Position numbers and translations under genes: made by a program. A stretch of DNA of 59,757 bases from Candidatus Melainabacteria bacterium 17Bon1m (GTDB lineage Bacteria > Cyanobacteriota > Vampirovibrionia > Obscuribacterales > Obscuribacteraceae), in contig JAVLKG010000019.1 in assembly GCA_032128875.1 (NCBI GenBank), forward strand, positions 1 to 59,757, given 5' to 3'. Below are positions 9,543 to 17,749 of the stretch, piece by piece (the stretch's first letter is position 1; every line of letters starts with the position of its first letter). Below the pieces are notes generated by a model. That model worked only from the letters and a program-made list of their open reading frames with translations, did no database searches and was not told the origin of the DNA.

Positions 9543-10473
9543 TGGGAGCCTCCTTTTCACGGTTGAGGAAAGCGAACAAGCCGCCCTCCTTCTGCTTTGC
9601 CGCCTTGACGCGGGTGACGAACTCGTCCACGTCGTCGCCGTGGATGAGCAGGTCGTGGTAGTCGCCGGGGTCGCCGACGAAGCGCAGCTCGCGTCCCAAG
9701 CTCGGGTCGCTGCCGCAATTGGCATGGTCGCTGTCGCCACGCACGTAGCGCGAGGCGTACTGCGACTGGATGCCGATTTTGCGGGCAGCTTCGCCGAACC
9801 CGACGTAGCCCCCTTGGTCGTTGGTCTTCATGACGGTCTCCTTTCGGGGCTGCGAATTGGGTTTGCCTCCACCGGCGTAGGCAGCAGCAAAGCCGCCCAC
9901 GTTGTAGGTGTGAGGCCGCGGTCCGGGACGCACGATGGTCATGCGCCCTTCCTTGCCGGTCGGCCACTCGCTGGTGCTCAGCTTGAAGTGCATGTGACGC
10001 ACCTGACGCGTGGGCACCACCCGGTCGCGAGCGCGGTTGCGCTGCAGACAGACGGGCAGAGGGACCTTCATCACCACGAGGTGCACATCGGTGACTCCAC
10101 ACTCGCGCGCGATGTCGATGATGTGCGTCCGCATGTCGGTGAGGAAGTTGGTGTTGTCGACGAGCACGGATTTGCCCGAAGTGAGTGCGGCGCGCAGTTC
10201 CTCGCGGAACGTCTTGCCGACCTCGCCTTCGTGCCCGTGCTCGCTGGCGTCACCGTAGAGGCGCTGGCGAATGGCGTCGTAGCTGAGACGAACGTATCCG
10301 CCCGCCACCTCGATGCCATCACCGATGGTGCTCTTGCCGGAGCCCGGAACACCGACCAGAAGCACCAGCCGCTGCCGTCCCTTGTAGGGCGCGAGCAGCT
10401 TGCCGATTTCTTCGACGGTGAGCACCACCGGAGCCTGGCGCTGCTTGCTCGACTTGTCGTTGCGATTCTTCAT
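9532..10473 (-). CDS. AAA_33/polynucleotide-kinase-like P-loop kinase with fused C-terminal domain of about 99 aa
   Basis: LLVGVPGSGKST, SYDAIR, VLVDNTN, CLQRNRARDRVVP; internal AAGGAG+ATG at 9831. Confidence 0.85.
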   Translation of the reverse strand: MKNRNDKSSKQRQAPVVLTVEEIGKLLAPYKGRQRLVLLVGVPGSGKSTIGDGIEVAGGYVRLSYDAIRQRLYGDASEHGHEGEVGKTFREELRAALTSGKSVLVDNTNFLTDMRTHIIDIARECGVTDVHLVVMKVPLPVCLQRNRARDRVVPTRQVRHMHFKLSTSEWPTGKEGRMTIVRPGPRPHTYNVGGFAAAYAGGGKPNSQPRKETVMKTNDQGGYVGFGEAARKIGIQSQYASRYVRGDSDHANCGSDPSLGRELRFVGDPGDYHDLLIHGDDVDEFVTRVKAAKQKEGGLFAFLNREKEAPNGE

Positions 10474-10548
10474 CAGAACCTCCAATGCTGTAGCCCACTG
10501 CCGATTGCGCAGCAGCGGCTGTTGTGGTTGATACTGAGCCGACTCACG

Positions 10549-10953
10549 TCAGTTCAGGTACTCTTTGGCGGGACGTTCGTTGCGAATCAGCACGCCGAGT
10601 TTGTGGAAAGACACCGTCACCGACGCTTGCCGGTTGAGGATGTCTGCCGCAAATCCGGATACTGCAAGGCGTGGCTTGCCGAAATTGTCCGGCTGACCGT
10701 CCTTGATGTGACCCTCGGCGATGAGCCTGGCATGCAGGTCGTCGTCGTATTCGAGATGCAAGACCGCTGCCAGCGGTTCTTTCACCTCCAGGCTTTCGGA
10801 CACTTCCACCGAGGAGGCGGCGGCATCCGCAAGCACCGTGTGGCACAGCTCGCCCAGAAGGTCATTCAGGGCAGGCAGACCCTTTTCAGGTTCACCAGCA
10901 GACTTGAAGACGTGCATGGCGAGCGCTTGAGTTGTTACCGCATAGAGTTTCAT
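10549..10953 (-). CDS. Hypothetical protein
   Basis: AGGAG SD before ATG at 10953. Confidence 0.7.
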   Translation of the reverse strand: MKLYAVTTQALAMHVFKSAGEPEKGLPALNDLLGELCHTVLADAAASSVEVSESLEVKEPLAAVLHLEYDDDLHARLIAEGHIKDGQPDNFGKPRLAVSGFAADILNRQASVTVSFHKLGVLIRNERPAKEYLN

Positions 10954-11196
10954 TTTTGACAATCTCCTAAACAAAGACTTTGGTCATGAGCAATCAGCGT
11001 TAGCCGATGAACTCAGAACTAACGACGCGCGCCTATATATAGATATGGTTAAGCACAAGTCGGTAGATCTGAGTCCACCGACCGGCGACAGCCAGAACCG
11101 AAGCTCCACCTGCCGCCAGCCGACGACTTAGACCGAAGCCACCCGCAGGCACGGAACGTTGCCGTATCCGCCGCCCGCGAGCACTTCGATAGGCGC

Positions 11197-11757
11197 TCAG
11201 CGCGCCGGGTTGGCAGCGAACAGAGCCTCGAGATGCGCCCACAGGGGAGCAGCCTCGATGTCGTCCGCCCGGTAGCACTCGTGCCGGAAGTGAGCTTGCT
11301 CACGCCGGTACTTCTCGAGTTGCTTCCAGTTGCCACTGCGGATGCACTCTTCGACGTTGGCGATGCGGTCGCAGAGCTTCAGCGTGGTCGCGCGCGGCGT
11401 TGACCTGATCTTGGGATAGGTCTTCGCTTTGCGTTCTTCGCGTGTGGCTCCGTCCTCATCGGTGACGCCGAAGATGAGACTGCGCGCCTCCTTGCACATG
11501 CCGATCAGCCAGAGCAGCCATGCCGGGGTTTTCTGATCTTCGGGAAGATCGTGACCCAGGCAGGAGCGCAAGAATGGCAGGTCGGTGATGCGGAAGCGAA
11601 CAGCTACCCCGACTACTCGGTCGAGGTGGTACTGGTACGGGTACGTGCCGTAGAGCTGCCCCCAGTGGAGGAGGATGGCGCACAGCCGCGTGTACCAGAA
11701 CGACAACCGTTGCCACCAGTTCGGCAGCGCACGGTATACACCGTTGTCGTAAGGCAT
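11197..11757 (-). CDS. HD-domain protein, RelA/SpoT-hydrolase-like (small alarmone hydrolase/Mesh1-like)
   Basis: HWGQLYG..PY.YHL, GHDLPED, LKLCDRIANV match HxGQ..PY..H, HDxxED and KLADR.xN motifs. Confidence 0.85.
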   Translation of the reverse strand: MPYDNGVYRALPNWWQRLSFWYTRLCAILLHWGQLYGTYPYQYHLDRVVGVAVRFRITDLPFLRSCLGHDLPEDQKTPAWLLWLIGMCKEARSLIFGVTDEDGATREERKAKTYPKIRSTPRATTLKLCDRIANVEECIRSGNWKQLEKYRREQAHFRHECYRADDIEAAPLWAHLEALFAANPAR

Positions 11758-11820
11758 GGCATATACTTCCTCTCGTTGAAACAGCGCTCTCTTTATGTTT
11801 GCGTCAGAGAGCGCGTTAAC

Positions 11821-12186
11821 CTAGACGCAGTAGGGGACGAGGTTGAACGGTGGCGGCAGATCACGCACCCAGGAGGCGAGCTCCTTGAGGTGCGCATACT
11901 GCTCGGACCGTTCCACCTGCCGGCAAATGCGGTCGTTGGCGCGATTGCCGCTGACCGCCTGAGACGGCGTGTAGAACCTGCCGCGCATCGCGTCGCTGTA
12001 GAGCAGCTTGGCGTACGTCGCGACAGTGTGGTTGCCGGCGATTCCGTCTTTCGACTGCAGCGCCTGGACCACAAGGGAGCGAACTCCGTTGTAAATCCAG
12101 TAGCTGTAGACGTTGACGGCGACGGCGACCACGAGCAAGATGAGCATCAGCCCACCCGGCCCACTCAGTGCAGATTGGAAGTTCAT
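11821..12186 (-). CDS. Hypothetical membrane-anchored protein
   Basis: TM LMLILLVVAVAVNVYSYWIY; GAGGAG SD. Confidence 0.7.
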   Translation of the reverse strand: MNFQSALSGPGGLMLILLVVAVAVNVYSYWIYNGVRSLVVQALQSKDGIAGNHTVATYAKLLYSDAMRGRFYTPSQAVSGNRANDRICRQVERSEQYAHLKELASWVRDLPPPFNLVPYCV

Positions 12187-12271
12187 CTCTAAACTCCTCA
12201 CAGTTTGACCGCGACCGGCTCAGGCAGCCAGCTTTCGCCAACCACCCGAACCGGTTGCAGTCGTGCACGCA

Positions 12272-12871
12272 TTACGCGACGCCCTTGCGGGTGAGCGTGA
12301 TGCTGTTCTCGGTGACGTCCAAGAACTTCACCTTCACCGTCACGCCCTTGCGGAGAGATTCGGGGCTGACGCCCGCGAGTTCTTCCCGTGAGAGAATGGC
12401 GATGAACTTGCCGATGTCCACCCGCTTTCCGCCGCCAGGAGCGTCGCCGACGACCGTACCGCGAACGGTATGACCGAGGGTCTTCTTCTGACGAGCTGTG
12501 GCGAGAACCTCCGCCGGCACCAGGTTGGTGGGGACGACTTCGGATTCGGCAGTGTTGTGATCCACGTGCTGGTGAAACACGCGGTCTTCCACGGCGCGCT
12601 CGCTGACGAGAATCCGGCGACGGGAACGGCTGTCCGTGTACGCATCCAGGACGCGCACATTGAACTCCGACCCGCCATCCGAACCAAGCGGCTCGCGCAG
12701 GCTGTCGAGACGGTCCTTGCCCAGTTGTCCGAACGGGAGCACGCAGCCTTCGCCGGTGTCCAGATCGCCGATGACCAGGCGCCGCTCGTGGTTGATCACC
12801 TTCACTTCGAAGCCCATGATGTCGCCGACTTCGGCGTACACCTTGAACTGTTTCGTTGATGTAGTACTCAT
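12272..12871 (-). CDS. Divergent two-S1-domain RNA-binding protein
   Basis: VRGTVVGDAPGGGKRVDIG...LRKGVTVKVKFLDV..NSITLTRK; N-terminal S1-like unit ending RRILVSER. Confidence 0.7.
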   Translation of the reverse strand: MSTTSTKQFKVYAEVGDIMGFEVKVINHERRLVIGDLDTGEGCVLPFGQLGKDRLDSLREPLGSDGGSEFNVRVLDAYTDSRSRRRILVSERAVEDRVFHQHVDHNTAESEVVPTNLVPAEVLATARQKKTLGHTVRGTVVGDAPGGGKRVDIGKFIAILSREELAGVSPESLRKGVTVKVKFLDVTENSITLTRKGVA

Positions 12872-13132
12872 TTTCTTCTTAGCCTCTTTTGATGACCGCC
12901 TAGCTGAAAGCGAGCTATGACGGCGCGTTAAATCGAGACAAGTTGTTTGCTTGTCTTGCTTTCGATTCCCTTCACTGGCGTTGGCGTTGTCGCCGCCTTG
13001 CCGAAAGCGTCGGCTCAAGAGGTTTTTCACCTCAAGCGTTGGTTCACTGCGCACGCGCGCAGCATCCTTGCCCGGATAGCTTTCGCCCTCCGAGTTTGTC
13101 CTGAGCTCGCATCACCAGCGATGCTTCGCTCT

Positions 13133-13597
13133 TTACCGCTTCTTCTCGAGCGCCTGAAAGTGACTGCGCAAGCGCATCAGGCGTGAGCAGAACTCACGCT
13201 CAGTCAGCACCGTCTCAGACTCTTTCTTCTTCCCGATTGAATGCGTCAGCGTCGCGTTGCCCGTGGCAAGAAGCGCACGGCGAGCCCCCTCGTTCTGAGT
13301 GAACATCGCCATGTAAGCCTCATCGAGCAGTTGCTGGTATTCGGCGCCATGCCGATCCAACTCCTGCCCCTGCCAGTAGAGCGTCTGGTCACGCCGCCAG
13401 TTGCGCTTTGCACCCCGCTTCTTCGCTGCCATGCCGAACAGAGTGCAGACGTGAATCTGCATGTGCGGCTTGTCGAACTTGAACGCTTGCAACAGACCCT
13501 CCATCCCCGCGATTGTGATACCGCGGAAGATGAAGGCGTTGGGCGCGAAGTTCGCCAGCTTGGAAGCCGGGTAAGCGCCACCCGAGTGGATGTCCAT
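13133..13597 (-). CDS. T4 gp30.3-like NADAR-superfamily protein
   Basis: YPASKLANFAP..F.F.G...MEGLLQAFK, WRRDQTLYWQG, QN..ARRALLATG..LTHSIG. Confidence 0.85.
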   Translation of the reverse strand: MDIHSGGAYPASKLANFAPNAFIFRGITIAGMEGLLQAFKFDKPHMQIHVCTLFGMAAKKRGAKRNWRRDQTLYWQGQELDRHGAEYQQLLDEAYMAMFTQNEGARRALLATGNATLTHSIGKKKESETVLTEREFCSRLMRLRSHFQALEKKR

Positions 13598-13657
13598 TGT
13601 CGGCCTCCTTTCTCAATTAGGGGCTGCTTTGTAAAGTCGACGCCATGCGTCGACCGT

Positions 13658-14464
13658 TTAGCTCTCCTCCGGCCGGGTGTCCGTCCTGTCCAGCACTGTC
13701 ACCGGGAGAGCCTGGGGCTTCGTTTCCGGTTGCAGCTGCCGTTGCAGGATGAAACCACCGGCGATGGCATCACGCACAGCCTTTCTGGAATCAGGCTCCA
13801 GCTCGGACAGTGCGTAGTCCAAAGTTCCGGATTTGAACAGGTCCTGCAAAACGCTCTGCAGTTTTTCCGCCGCCTTGTCCAGGCGCGTACGACGTGTACG
13901 CACCATGTACCAGATGGCGTCCGCCAGCCTGTCATCAGCATCGCGAGGGTCGTCCTGAGCAATGGTGCCCAGGAGTTGACGCATGACACTGACTGCTTTG
14001 GCGAATACCTCAGGAACACGGAAGCCCTCGGTCTCTTCGGCAAGCCTGCCGTCAAAACCTTGAGCCCCCTCCTGCTGGCGAACGACGTTCAGGCGTTGAG
14101 CCGCATCCAGGTTAGTGGACGCTGCGCGCCATCTTGTCACCAGCGTGTCCAGGTCGTTTCCGCCTGAGTCTTCAACGAGACTGAGCATGCCGCGCTCTGA
14201 GAGCAGGTGTTGGAGCACCCGCGCATCTTCACGCGACACATCTTCCATCTCGTCTTCCAGACTGCCATCGTCGCCGAGCGACTTGAGCAGCTGGAAAAGC
14301 TCCTGCACTTTTGCCTCATAGGCATCGTCGAGACGCAGGTGTTCTTGGCGTGCCGCAAAGTGACCATCGTCACCTTGACTGAGGAGCGCTTGCCAGCGCT
14401 CGCGAGCCGCATCGCGCTGTTCTTTCAGCGAGACGAGCTCCTTCAACTTCATGTTGAGCGTCAT
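13658..14464 (-). CDS. Hypothetical coiled-coil protein
   Basis: AAGGAGG SD; helical E/L/Q/R-rich composition. Confidence 0.75.
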   Translation of the reverse strand: MTLNMKLKELVSLKEQRDAARERWQALLSQGDDGHFAARQEHLRLDDAYEAKVQELFQLLKSLGDDGSLEDEMEDVSREDARVLQHLLSERGMLSLVEDSGGNDLDTLVTRWRAASTNLDAAQRLNVVRQQEGAQGFDGRLAEETEGFRVPEVFAKAVSVMRQLLGTIAQDDPRDADDRLADAIWYMVRTRRTRLDKAAEKLQSVLQDLFKSGTLDYALSELEPDSRKAVRDAIAGGFILQRQLQPETKPQALPVTVLDRTDTRPEES

Positions 14465-14734
14465 GGTTTACCTCCTTTTCTTTTTTGTGAATTAGGTCAA
14501 CTTGACCAAATCCCGATGGCACGCCAGCCGGCAAGAACACCTCGCCGAACGATGCGGTCGGCTGTTAAGCCGCCGCCAGAGAAAGCGCGTACTCAGGGGG
14601 AAACGACCCGGCGCGCCGATGCGTGAGAGGGAGTTTGGAAACGCCCTGCCCATGCACCGTGCGCGAGGTCACTGTGTTGATGTCGCAAAGGTCGACGAAT
14701 GGCGTCCTCACACGGTGGACGCATGGCGTCGAGC

Positions 14735-15199
14735 CTACTTGGCCAGTTCGACGAACGTCGGAGCGTACGCCCCGTGCATCCAGTCGGCGGCTTCGTCGAG
14801 CGACATCGGTTGCACCGCTTCGGCGTGGGCGTCGAAGAACGCTTCCACCGATTCGCGGGTGTTGCCCACCGACGCCATCTTCATGACCAGTCCGGTCAGC
14901 TCCTCGTTGGAGGCGTTGACCTTGTAGCCATTGATGGCGAGGAAGATGAGCGCAGACGCCAAGCCTATCCGCTTGTTGCCCTGCTCGAAGACGTGGTCCC
15001 GGACGAGATACGTCAGGTAGCCAGCCGCCGCCGCATTGAGCGAACCAGTCAGATGGTGCGTCATGGCGGGCAGCTCGACGGCAGCAGCCAACTGACTGCT
15101 GTCGCGAATTCCCGGCACACCGCCCTTGTACTTGGCGAGTTGCTGTTCCTGCTGGGCGACCACTTCGTCGACCGTCAGGAAGCGGATTTCCTCTGTCAT
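14735..15199 (-). CDS. Fic/Doc family (death-on-curing) protein
   Basis: FLTVDEV, GGVPGIRD, HVFEQGNKRIG, FLAINGY. Confidence 0.9.
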   Translation of the reverse strand: MTEEIRFLTVDEVVAQQEQQLAKYKGGVPGIRDSSQLAAAVELPAMTHHLTGSLNAAAAGYLTYLVRDHVFEQGNKRIGLASALIFLAINGYKVNASNEELTGLVMKMASVGNTRESVEAFFDAHAEAVQPMSLDEAADWMHGAYAPTFVELAK

Positions 15200-15222
15200 A
15201 GAGAGTTCTCCTCGTCTTGAGA

Positions 15223-16329
15223 CTAGTCCAGCACCGGATACTTTCCGAGCAACGCCTTCACCTGGAGAGCGTCCAGGTTGGGGTTGTCTTCGAGAATCCG
15301 CACCACTTTGACGACGACTTCGGGCAGGCGAAAACTGATGGGTCCTCCGCCGTCGATGAGGACATCAGGCTTGCAGCCAGGCATCTTCTGCGCCGATGAA
15401 TAGCTGCCGGCCTTGAGACCGACCGCAATCACCGATGGAAAAGCCGCCGGCTCGACGATGTACGTGTCATCGATGTGGTCGAGAAAACGAGCGTCGCCCG
15501 TCGCCAACCAGCATTCGAAGCCGCGTTCACCGACTGCTCCGTCCTTGAGCTTGACGACGAGTGTCACACGACCCACGCCTTCGAGCTTGAACTGGAGCTG
15601 CTTGCGCCCGTTCCAGAAGTTGACCGGAACATGCGCGCCGTCCTGCCGCAACACCAGAGAGTCGCCGCGCCAGACTTCCAGAATCCAGTCGTCTTGCGCG
15701 TCCGATGAATTCTCATCGACAGCGCCGGCGACCTTCGTCCAGAAGTTGTAGCTCGTCGGCTCCTTCTGCTCCACTGCAATTGCAGTCGCCGTGTTGTCGA
15801 CGACGCTGAATACTGCGTGGGCGCAACGTCCGTCACCGGGGCCGGCAGCCGCCACGATGACGTGTCCGGGCTTGCCTTCGCCGACTACTTTGGCGAACTG
15901 GAACGCATCCCAGCCCGTGCCATCGGCAGCGTGGAAGACTCGCCCGAATGAGAAGTTGGCGACGGACGCCAGACCATGCAGTTGGCACAGACGCACCGCC
16001 CACAGGTAAGCTTCCGTCCATCCGTCCGACACTGGCTTGCCTTCGCTCCAGGTCGTGCGGATGATGCCTTCTTCGGGGTCATGCGAGCGGATGAGCACCA
16101 CCGGCACATCGGAATCCAGAGCCGTCAGCGCCTTGAGCACGAATGTTCCGTGCTTGTGCGGGTCGCCGGCAATGGCACCGAGGTCGGTGGCATCCGTCAC
16201 ATAGGGATTGCCGATTACGCATCGGCGTTGCACCAGGTCGTACACCCCGAGGATACGCGTGGCACCCGCCAGCGAATCCGGGGAGAACCCGGTGTCTGCG
16301 ATGATTACCGCAGCTTTCCGTTTTTCCAT
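15223..16329 (-). CDS. Divergent S8 subtilase-like protein
   Basis: IADTG (Asp), HKHGT (His), NFSFG, AAAGP, EPA..VIAVG, KPDV, ISFRLP (Ser). Confidence 0.75.
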   Translation of the reverse strand: MEKRKAAVIIADTGFSPDSLAGATRILGVYDLVQRRCVIGNPYVTDATDLGAIAGDPHKHGTFVLKALTALDSDVPVVLIRSHDPEEGIIRTTWSEGKPVSDGWTEAYLWAVRLCQLHGLASVANFSFGRVFHAADGTGWDAFQFAKVVGEGKPGHVIVAAAGPGDGRCAHAVFSVVDNTATAIAVEQKEPTSYNFWTKVAGAVDENSSDAQDDWILEVWRGDSLVLRQDGAHVPVNFWNGRKQLQFKLEGVGRVTLVVKLKDGAVGERGFECWLATGDARFLDHIDDTYIVEPAAFPSVIAVGLKAGSYSSAQKMPGCKPDVLIDGGGPISFRLPEVVVKVVRILEDNPNLDALQVKALLGKYPVLD

Positions 16330-16383
16330 GGTTCCTCCTAGATTTAGTTAGCAAGTGCGCCACAGCAAGGGTTGAACCTGCTG

Positions 16384-16611
16384 CTACACAGGCTCGACCG
16401 TTGCCGTCAGCGTGTACCTGCCCTTGCCTTCGTCGTAGAAAGCGCCGGAGAATGCGTCGGCATGCCGTTCGCAGAACGACGCCCGCTCATCCGCCTCTTC
16501 TTTCGACTTGAAGTGACGCGCATCAGCCTTGCTATCGGCTTGAGTGCGCACGGACAGGGTTTCGTACCACTCCACATGACCGCGGCCATTGGAGAGTTTG
16601 ATTGCCCACAT
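16384..16611 (-). CDS. Hypothetical protein
   Basis: GAGGAG SD, 75 aa. Confidence 0.65.
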   Translation of the reverse strand: MWAIKLSNGRGHVEWYETLSVRTQADSKADARHFKSKEEADERASFCERHADAFSGAFYDEGKGRYTLTATVEPV

Positions 16612-16742
16612 AAAGGCTCCTCAGCAAGCGACTTTCGCCACCTGCGTGGATTTTGACAATGGCATCAGCCCAGCATCAGAAGCCGAAGCTACCGATGCCG
16701 GGCGCTGCCGCCGTATGAGTCACGTACGTGAGAAGGGGCGGT

Positions 16743-17216
16743 CTAGTTGCTCGCCCACTTGTCTCGTACGTGCTCCACCCTCACCGTCGCGGGCTCTTCC
16801 CAGCTCGAGACGATGTCGTGCACCATCAGCGCCGCACGTTCCGCGAAGAACTGCGAGCGATGCTTGCCGCCGGTGCAGCGGAAAGCGATGGTCACCGTAC
16901 CGTGGTTGTTGCCGCGCGCCTGATAGCTGTTCAGCAGTACGCCGAGCTGCTCCACGACACTGTCGAGAAGCTGCAAGGTTTCCGGCTGCTGCATCAGGTA
17001 CTCGGCAATCGCGACGTCACGCCCGGTGAGCGCGCGAAGCGAGTCGATGTAGTGCGGATTGGGAAGGCCGCTCACATCGATGACGAGCTGCGCATTGGCG
17101 ATGCGACGGCAGAGGCTGTTGACCTCGTCCTGCACATCGGCGCGCGCGTCTTCGAGCTGTTTGAGCCCGAAGGACATCACCACGACTTCCGTCGTATTCG
17201 GTCCGATTTTCGTCAT
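16743..17216 (-). CDS. Stand-alone RapZ C-terminal domain protein
   Basis: VMSFG, VIDVSGLPNPHY..LRALTGRD, TIAFRCTGGKHRS; no N-terminal P-loop domain. Confidence 0.88.
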   Translation of the reverse strand: MTKIGPNTTEVVVMSFGLKQLEDARADVQDEVNSLCRRIANAQLVIDVSGLPNPHYIDSLRALTGRDVAIAEYLMQQPETLQLLDSVVEQLGVLLNSYQARGNNHGTVTIAFRCTGGKHRSQFFAERAALMVHDIVSSWEEPATVRVEHVRDKWASN

Positions 17217-17294
17217 AGCTATTTCCTCCTGCTGAAACAAGAAGGCACGCCTTTCGGCATGCCCCTTGTCGTTTCGTTCAGGCGTTTGTGGCGC

Positions 17295-17609
17295 CTAGTT
17301 CACCGCTGCCGGGCTGTCGTCGTCGAAGAAGACGCACGGCTGATCGCCGCGCTGCATCTTCCCGAGAGCGAGCATCGCCAGCAGCCCTTCCGGCGGATTG
17401 CGGTCGTCGCCGTGCGAGACGTAGCCCGCCGGATGACCGATCAGCCGACCGATGTGCCCCTGCGGAACGCCGTAGTCGGCGCAGTTGAGGACGAGCATCT
17501 GGTCGCCCGTCTGGCGATGCGCTTCCGCTTCGAGAGCGGCAGGCATCTCGCTGCGCCCGACCGACGTCACGCCCAGTGCCAGCACCATTGCAGTTTTGCC
17601 GTTTTGCAT
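17295..17609 (-). CDS. Degenerate ClpA/B second AAA+ domain fragment
   Basis: LGVTSVGRSEMPAAL resembles LGPTGVGKTELAKAL; RLIGHPAGYV resembles RLIGSPPGYV. Confidence 0.65.
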   Translation of the reverse strand: MQNGKTAMVLALGVTSVGRSEMPAALEAEAHRQTGDQMLVLNCADYGVPQGHIGRLIGHPAGYVSHGDDRNPPEGLLAMLALGKMQRGDQPCVFFDDDSPAAVN

Positions 17610-17749
17610 AGCTTTCACTCCGTTTCGTTGTTGAACAACCACACCAAAACGACCGTGCGTCGTCATGACGCACAGCCGTCCGGTGTTTGTGAGCAAGACC
17701 GCAGGCAGCGCTCTTCGGATTTCTCCGTCCAACGCCGCCTACACCAAGC

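Noticed and set aside
9543-9740. N-terminal extension of TyrRS in the ORF track (also over-extended starts at 31336, 56374, 13054, 6762)
   Set aside because: Extensions overlap upstream genes or spacers; downstream starts fit SD motifs, stop/start overlaps or domain boundaries better
9397-10959. 520-aa plus-strand ORF and other long + ORFs in 1.7-19 kb and 30-35 kb
   Set aside because: Antisense shadows of GC-rich minus-strand genes that carry clear family motifs
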